A stretch of DNA of 42,248 nucleotides from IMG/VR virus record IMGVR_UViG_3300045988_085462, positions 1 to 42,248 of that record, one strand, 5' to 3'. This document shows positions 38,753 to 42,248 of this stretch, one piece after another. Source of the stretch: a virus. The notes beneath the pieces were generated by a model. The model had not been told where the DNA came from. It did no database searches and saw only the letters and a program-made list of their open reading frames with translations. Both the position numbers and the translations under genes were made by a program. Position 1 is the first letter of the stretch. Each line of letters begins with the position of its first letter.

Positions 38753-39859
38753 GTGCGTTTAAAGAAAAAGCATATTGCGGCAATTGCATTGAGCGTGGCT
38801 ATTTGCGTAGGTGCTACCGGTTGTAAATCGGAAGAAGTCAAGAATACGGAAAAGCTTATTAAAGAAATCGACAGCACCATCACATTAAGCAGTGAAAGCG
38901 CCATTGAACAGGCAGAAGCGGCTTACAACGCTTTGGGCGAAGAGCAAAAGGAAGTAAGCAACGCGAAGCAGCTTACAGATGCCCGCGCCGCATACGATGA
39001 GTTATATCAAAACGAGGTCGCTCCGGTCGAACAGGCAATAGCTTCTATTCCTGACGAAAGTGCCCTTCTGACGGACGATAACGCAGAAAAGCTTGTGGAA
39101 GCCGCACGCCTGTCTTACATCCACGCAAGCGAAGAAGCACAAGGCCTTGTTTCCAATTATTCTGTTCTTGAGAATGCTGAAAAAATTCTTGAAGATGCCA
39201 GAGTCCAAAACGCTATTGATGCAATCAACCAGATCGGTGACGTAACGCTGGAAAGTGCAGAAATGATCGAAGCTGCCGATGCCGCATATAATAACGTGGA
39301 ATCCACAAGACGGTCGGACGTAACGAATTATAATACGCTTCTGGATGCGCGCTCAGCGTATTCTACTTTGCAGCAGGAAGCCAAGGAACAGGCCAGACAG
39401 GAAGCTCTTTCTCGTTTAAAAAAGGAAACAGATACAGTTGAAAACAGAACTTGGTATTATCCTTCCAGTTATCCGAAGTATATTAACTCCAGAAGCTTTG
39501 CTCTTCCGTATCTTGGAGAAGTCGATGGAGGATTATATATGCGTCTAAAATTCGACTATGTTGGAGATGATTGGGTCTTTTTCGATCAAGTCATTATCAA
39601 TATTGACGGTAACGTTGTTGATACCATCGATTTTGGTTATACAGATGTTGAAAGAGATTCAGTATTGTACGGGCATCTTTATGAATGCGCAGATATTGCT
39701 CCCACAGATAGGCAAATTGAGATTTTAAGAAAAATCGCTGATTCTCAAAAGACTGTGATTCGCTTTAAAGGAAATTATGCGTATGATCTTACTGTTTCCG
39801 AAAAAGACAAACAAGGCATAAAAGACATTTTGGCAGTATATGACTCTGCGAATTTATAA
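38753..39859 (+). CDS. Lipoprotein with three ~43-aa helical repeats and a C-terminal domain shared with the 38038 gene
   Basis: AGGAGG RBS then GTG. MRLKKKHIAAIALSVAICVGATGC lipobox. Repeats have the form A..AY..L.......V.N...L..A...Y..L. Confidence 0.75.
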   Translation: MRLKKKHIAAIALSVAICVGATGCKSEEVKNTEKLIKEIDSTITLSSESAIEQAEAAYNALGEEQKEVSNAKQLTDARAAYDELYQNEVAPVEQAIASIPDESALLTDDNAEKLVEAARLSYIHASEEAQGLVSNYSVLENAEKILEDARVQNAIDAINQIGDVTLESAEMIEAADAAYNNVESTRRSDVTNYNTLLDARSAYSTLQQEAKEQARQEALSRLKKETDTVENRTWYYPSSYPKYINSRSFALPYLGEVDGGLYMRLKFDYVGDDWVFFDQVIINIDGNVVDTIDFGYTDVERDSVLYGHLYECADIAPTDRQIEILRKIADSQKTVIRFKGNYAYDLTVSEKDKQGIKDILAVYDSANL

Positions 39860-39863
39860 AACA

Positions 39864-39886
39864 AAGGTGTCCACAGTGGACACCTT
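39864..39886. terminator. Bidirectional hairpin containing the 19-bp palindrome (copy 3 of 3)
   Basis: AAGGTGTCCACAGTGGACACCTT lies between the convergent genes 38753..39859(+) and 39914..40162(-). A T-rich tract follows on the minus strand. Confidence 0.65.
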
Positions 39887-39913
39887 GAACGCCCGACAAA
39901 ATTAACTTTGAGG

Positions 39914-40162
39914 TTAACGCTCCTGATCACACGGGCAGGGGGACACTTCCGGCACTGCAACGATGCGCCCATTGATATTGCGATACCGTGCCCCGGGGTC
40001 GTGGCCAGCGTCGTGATCCTTAACGGCAGCTTTTAGGATCTGGAAGGCTGCATCATAGGCAGACCCATCAGACCCGGCTTTCGAGAGATGATAGACAAGC
40101 TTGCGCACGTCGTTTTGTGCGTAGGCGTAGAGCATAGCTTCCTTGGTTTTTGTGTTGGTCAT
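39914..40162 (-). CDS. Hypothetical protein (82 aa)
   Basis: GGAGGG RBS then ATG at 40162. Confidence 0.55.
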   Translation of the reverse strand: MTNTKTKEAMLYAYAQNDVRKLVYHLSKAGSDGSAYDAAFQILKAAVKDHDAGHDPGARYRNINGRIVAVPEVSPCPCDQER

Positions 40163-40165
40163 AAC

Positions 40166-40279
40166 TTAGCCCTCCCACGGCTTGCGGCTTCCATCAGCGC
40201 TCTGCGGTTTGGATGCCGGCATACCGTCAATGATTACCATATCTTCCGGGATTTCGTTCAGAACCTTGATGTTATCCAT
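40166..40279 (-). CDS. Hypothetical small protein (37 aa); below the ORF-track cutoff
   Basis: GGAGTG RBS 8 nt before the ATG at 40279. Sequence MDNIKVLNEIPEDMVIIDGMPASKPQSADGSRKPWEG. Coupled to the 39914..40162 gene. Confidence 0.4.
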   Translation of the reverse strand: MDNIKVLNEIPEDMVIIDGMPASKPQSADGSRKPWEG

Positions 40280-40392
40280 TGTTTTTGCACTCCTTCTGGA
40301 TTTTTTTGACAATTATGTTATAACACGGAAAAAGGAACAGATTCGGCATCAAATTTTGGAAGTATGTGGTAAACCAAAAAAGACGGAAAATC

Positions 40393-40417
40393 GGTCGAAT
40401 TTTGTGAAATTGTCGAA
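40393..40417 (+). promoter_or_regulatory. GGTCGAA / ATTTTGTGAAATT motif upstream of the second XRE gene (related to the repeats at 24500..24553)
   Basis: ggtcgaattttgtgaaattgtcgaa, compared with tttttgtgacattccgacc and attttgtgacac at 24523..24553. Confidence 0.35.
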
Positions 40418-40436
40418 AAAAGGGGGATGTTTGGGA

Positions 40437-41054
40437 ATGGATGATTGGGTATTGCGCGTTGCGGAAACACTGGAAAAAGCAAGGGCAGAGGCCGGAATCA
40501 GCCAAGCCACACTTTCAAAGCGAATGGGCGTAAGCCGACAAAGCGTAATTAAGTGGGAGCAGGGCGTCAACGCGATATCCTTCCCCATGATGATGAAATG
40601 GTTTGTGGGCTGCGGCGTTTCGCTGGAGCGGTATCTGGATTCATGCATCCACCCGGGTCTGCTGGAACGGCTGGAAGACAGTCCCACCGACAAAGAAAAG
40701 CGCCGAATGCTGCACGAGGCCATCGAAGAATGCAGTGCATACGAGGTAGACACGCTCTTGTACATCCGCTACGGCGCGCACGGGTCGGACCATCTGAGCG
40801 TGCTTACCGAAATGGTGGCCAACCTGCACACGCCACTGCGGGATAGGGTGGCCGTGGTCAATACGATCCTGAGCCACTACGAGATCGCCATGGCGACAAA
40901 AACGGATGTGGACCCAGAAGGGCTGCAACCGAATATTGAAATGCTGTGTCAGGCGCGCGATTGCGGGATGGCAGCAGCAAAAGACATGGAAGATGTCTAC
41001 TCCATTAACAAGGAGGCAATAGAGGATGCCAAGAAAAAGAACGAAACGCGCTGA
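40437..41054 (+). CDS. XRE-family HTH regulator with a ~140-aa C-terminal domain (205 aa), co-oriented with and overlapping int
   Basis: AGGGGGA RBS then ATG at 40437. ISQATLSKRMGVSRQSVIKWEQGVNAISF is an HTH_3 pattern. The track ORF's 85-aa N-terminal extension lacks coding character. Confidence 0.75.
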   Translation: MDDWVLRVAETLEKARAEAGISQATLSKRMGVSRQSVIKWEQGVNAISFPMMMKWFVGCGVSLERYLDSCIHPGLLERLEDSPTDKEKRRMLHEAIEECSAYEVDTLLYIRYGAHGSDHLSVLTEMVANLHTPLRDRVAVVNTILSHYEIAMATKTDVDPEGLQPNIEMLCQARDCGMAAAKDMEDVYSINKEAIEDAKKKNETR

Positions 41055-42168
41055 CGGTCGGTACGAGATCAAGCGGAAAATGCCGGACGGAAAATATAAG
41101 CACTTCTTAGGCGACACGGTTGCCGAAGCAACTGCAAAGTATGAAGAAGCCTACCGGCAGGCAACGCTGGAAGAAAGCAAAAATAACGGCGGTGCTACCT
41201 TCCGGGAAATGGCAATAGCGTACAAAGATTACATTACAGGCTCGACAAAGCCGGTAAAACGTGGTACAATTAACGCCTACGTCAAGAATATCCCTCCGCT
41301 TCTGGAATGCTTTGGCGACACGCCGATGGCCGACATCGACACGCAGGCAGTCTGCGGATACATGGAGCGCATGAAGATGGACGGCAAAGCCTTGCATACC
41401 ATCACCAACGCTAAAAGCGTGTTATCCTGTATCTTTACCTTCTGGTGTGCCAACTATCACGGAACCAGTAACCCGGTTCTTCTGGCAAAACCGCCCGCCG
41501 GGATGAAAAAGGGGAAGCGATTAGAGCCGACAAAAGCGCAGCGGGATATTATTGACGCGCATCCAGAGGGGTGCGGTTTCTGGGCGCAGCTATTCGAGTA
41601 CACCGGGCTCCGTCTCGGCGAGGCAAACGGGTTGCAATGGAAAGACGTGGACTTTGAGCAGAATGTAATCCATGTGAGTTCCGCAATGCCGTGGGACCGT
41701 AACCGCGCCTATGAGGAAACGCCAAAGTCAGAGAAGGGATACAGAGATGTGCCCATCCTGACGACCTTTCGCCCGATGCTGTTGGAGCAAAAAGCCGGTC
41801 ACGCAGACACGGACTATGTAATGTCTGGTGAAGCAAAGCCGCTGTCGCAGTCGCAGTATGAGTGGCGCTGGGCAATCTACTGTCGGGATCTCGGCCTGAG
41901 TGAGAAACAGGAGAAGCGCGCCAGGATAAAGGATAAGCCGGGCGAGTACAGGGTGTACTACAAGTGGAAAGCGCTTGTAACGGCGCACCAGTTCCGGCAT
42001 TTTTACGCGACCAATCTTTTTTACGCCGGTATCCCGGACATGGTGGCCCAGAAACTTATGGGTCATGCAGACATTTCAACGACCCGAAAGATATACCAAC
42101 AATTGCGTGATGAAGAGGACAAGCAGTACATCGCAAAGCTGGATGCGTATGTCCAAAGCAAAAAGTAG
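41026..42168 (+). CDS. int: Tyrosine integrase (phage integrase family)
   Basis: AAGGAGG RBS. Contains TGLRLGEANGLQWKDVD (Arg box I), HQFRHFYATNLFYAGIP and LMGHADISTTRKIY (box II, H-x-x-R ... Y). Adjacent to attP. Confidence 0.9.
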   Translation: MPRKRTKRADGRYEIKRKMPDGKYKHFLGDTVAEATAKYEEAYRQATLEESKNNGGATFREMAIAYKDYITGSTKPVKRGTINAYVKNIPPLLECFGDTPMADIDTQAVCGYMERMKMDGKALHTITNAKSVLSCIFTFWCANYHGTSNPVLLAKPPAGMKKGKRLEPTKAQRDIIDAHPEGCGFWAQLFEYTGLRLGEANGLQWKDVDFEQNVIHVSSAMPWDRNRAYEETPKSEKGYRDVPILTTFRPMLLEQKAGHADTDYVMSGEAKPLSQSQYEWRWAIYCRDLGLSEKQEKRARIKDKPGEYRVYYKWKALVTAHQFRHFYATNLFYAGIPDMVAQKLMGHADISTTRKIYQQLRDEEDKQYIAKLDAYVQSKK

Positions 42169-42248
42169 GTCTGCAAAAAGTCTGCAAAAGCAATAAAAAC
42201 ACGACTTGACGCGATATAAAGGGGGTTCGAGTCCCCTCCCTCGCACCA
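42130..42248 (+). repeat. Terminal direct repeat, copy 2
   Basis: Identical to 1..119. Confidence 0.95.

Larger units (their letters stand above)
1..42248. mobile_element. Complete, circularly permuted temperate siphovirus-like phage (possible phage-plasmid) genome, unit length about 42,129 bp
   Basis: Full head, tail, lysis, replication and lysogeny gene set is present. Positions 1..119 are identical to 42130..42248. The window starts inside the integrase ORF that ends the window. Confidence 0.85.

Overview
The window is a complete, circularly closed temperate long-tailed phage genome. Its first 119 bp are identical to its last 119 bp, so the unit length is about 42.13 kb. The host is probably a high-GC Gram-positive, Clostridia-like organism. 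That is an inference from AGGAGG-type RBSs, a GH25 endolysin, an LL-H-like holin, a BC1881-like small protein and similar families. Almost all genes lie on the minus strand. Reading down in coordinate, they run from a Cro-like regulator (36430) through a serine recombinase and a recombination module (NinB-like, Rad52-like, SSB). Next come a replication initiator with internal iterons, ParA/ParB, a sigma-like late activator, and a cluster of Cys-rich or zinc-ribbon unknowns. Two phage tRNAs (Met-CAT, Trp-CCA), an orphan N6-adenine methyltransferase and an HNH endonuclease follow. The structural block is TerS(P27)/TerL, HK97-type portal, ClpP-like protease, major capsid with a C-terminal cadherin-like domain, head-tail connectors, major tail protein, a G/GT chaperone with an A-AAA-AAC -1 slippery site, tape measure, Dit, Tal and a tail fibre/tailspike. 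Lysis genes follow (GH25 endolysin, membrane protein, holin). A terminator-insulated five-gene cargo operon (258..3138) sits next to attP. The plus strand carries the lysogeny side: an XRE repressor-like gene plus a membrane protein, a lower-GC secreted-protein/lipoprotein pair, and a second XRE regulator fused in an operon with a tyrosine integrase. attP holds a tRNA 3'-end fragment flanked by AGTCTGCA repeats. The observations most worth a second look are listed here.
- The Cys/Gly/Pro-Gln-rich cargo operon.
- A full plasmid-type maintenance set (Rep with iterons, ParAB, small serine recombinase) alongside an integrase and tRNA-type attP.
- An abrupt GC drop inside the tail-fibre ORF.
- One 19-bp palindrome reused at three operon boundaries.
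- A triple zinc-ribbon gene split at an A6 run.
- A 383-bp hairpin-dense switch region.

All functional calls rest on motif recognition by eye. No database search was run.
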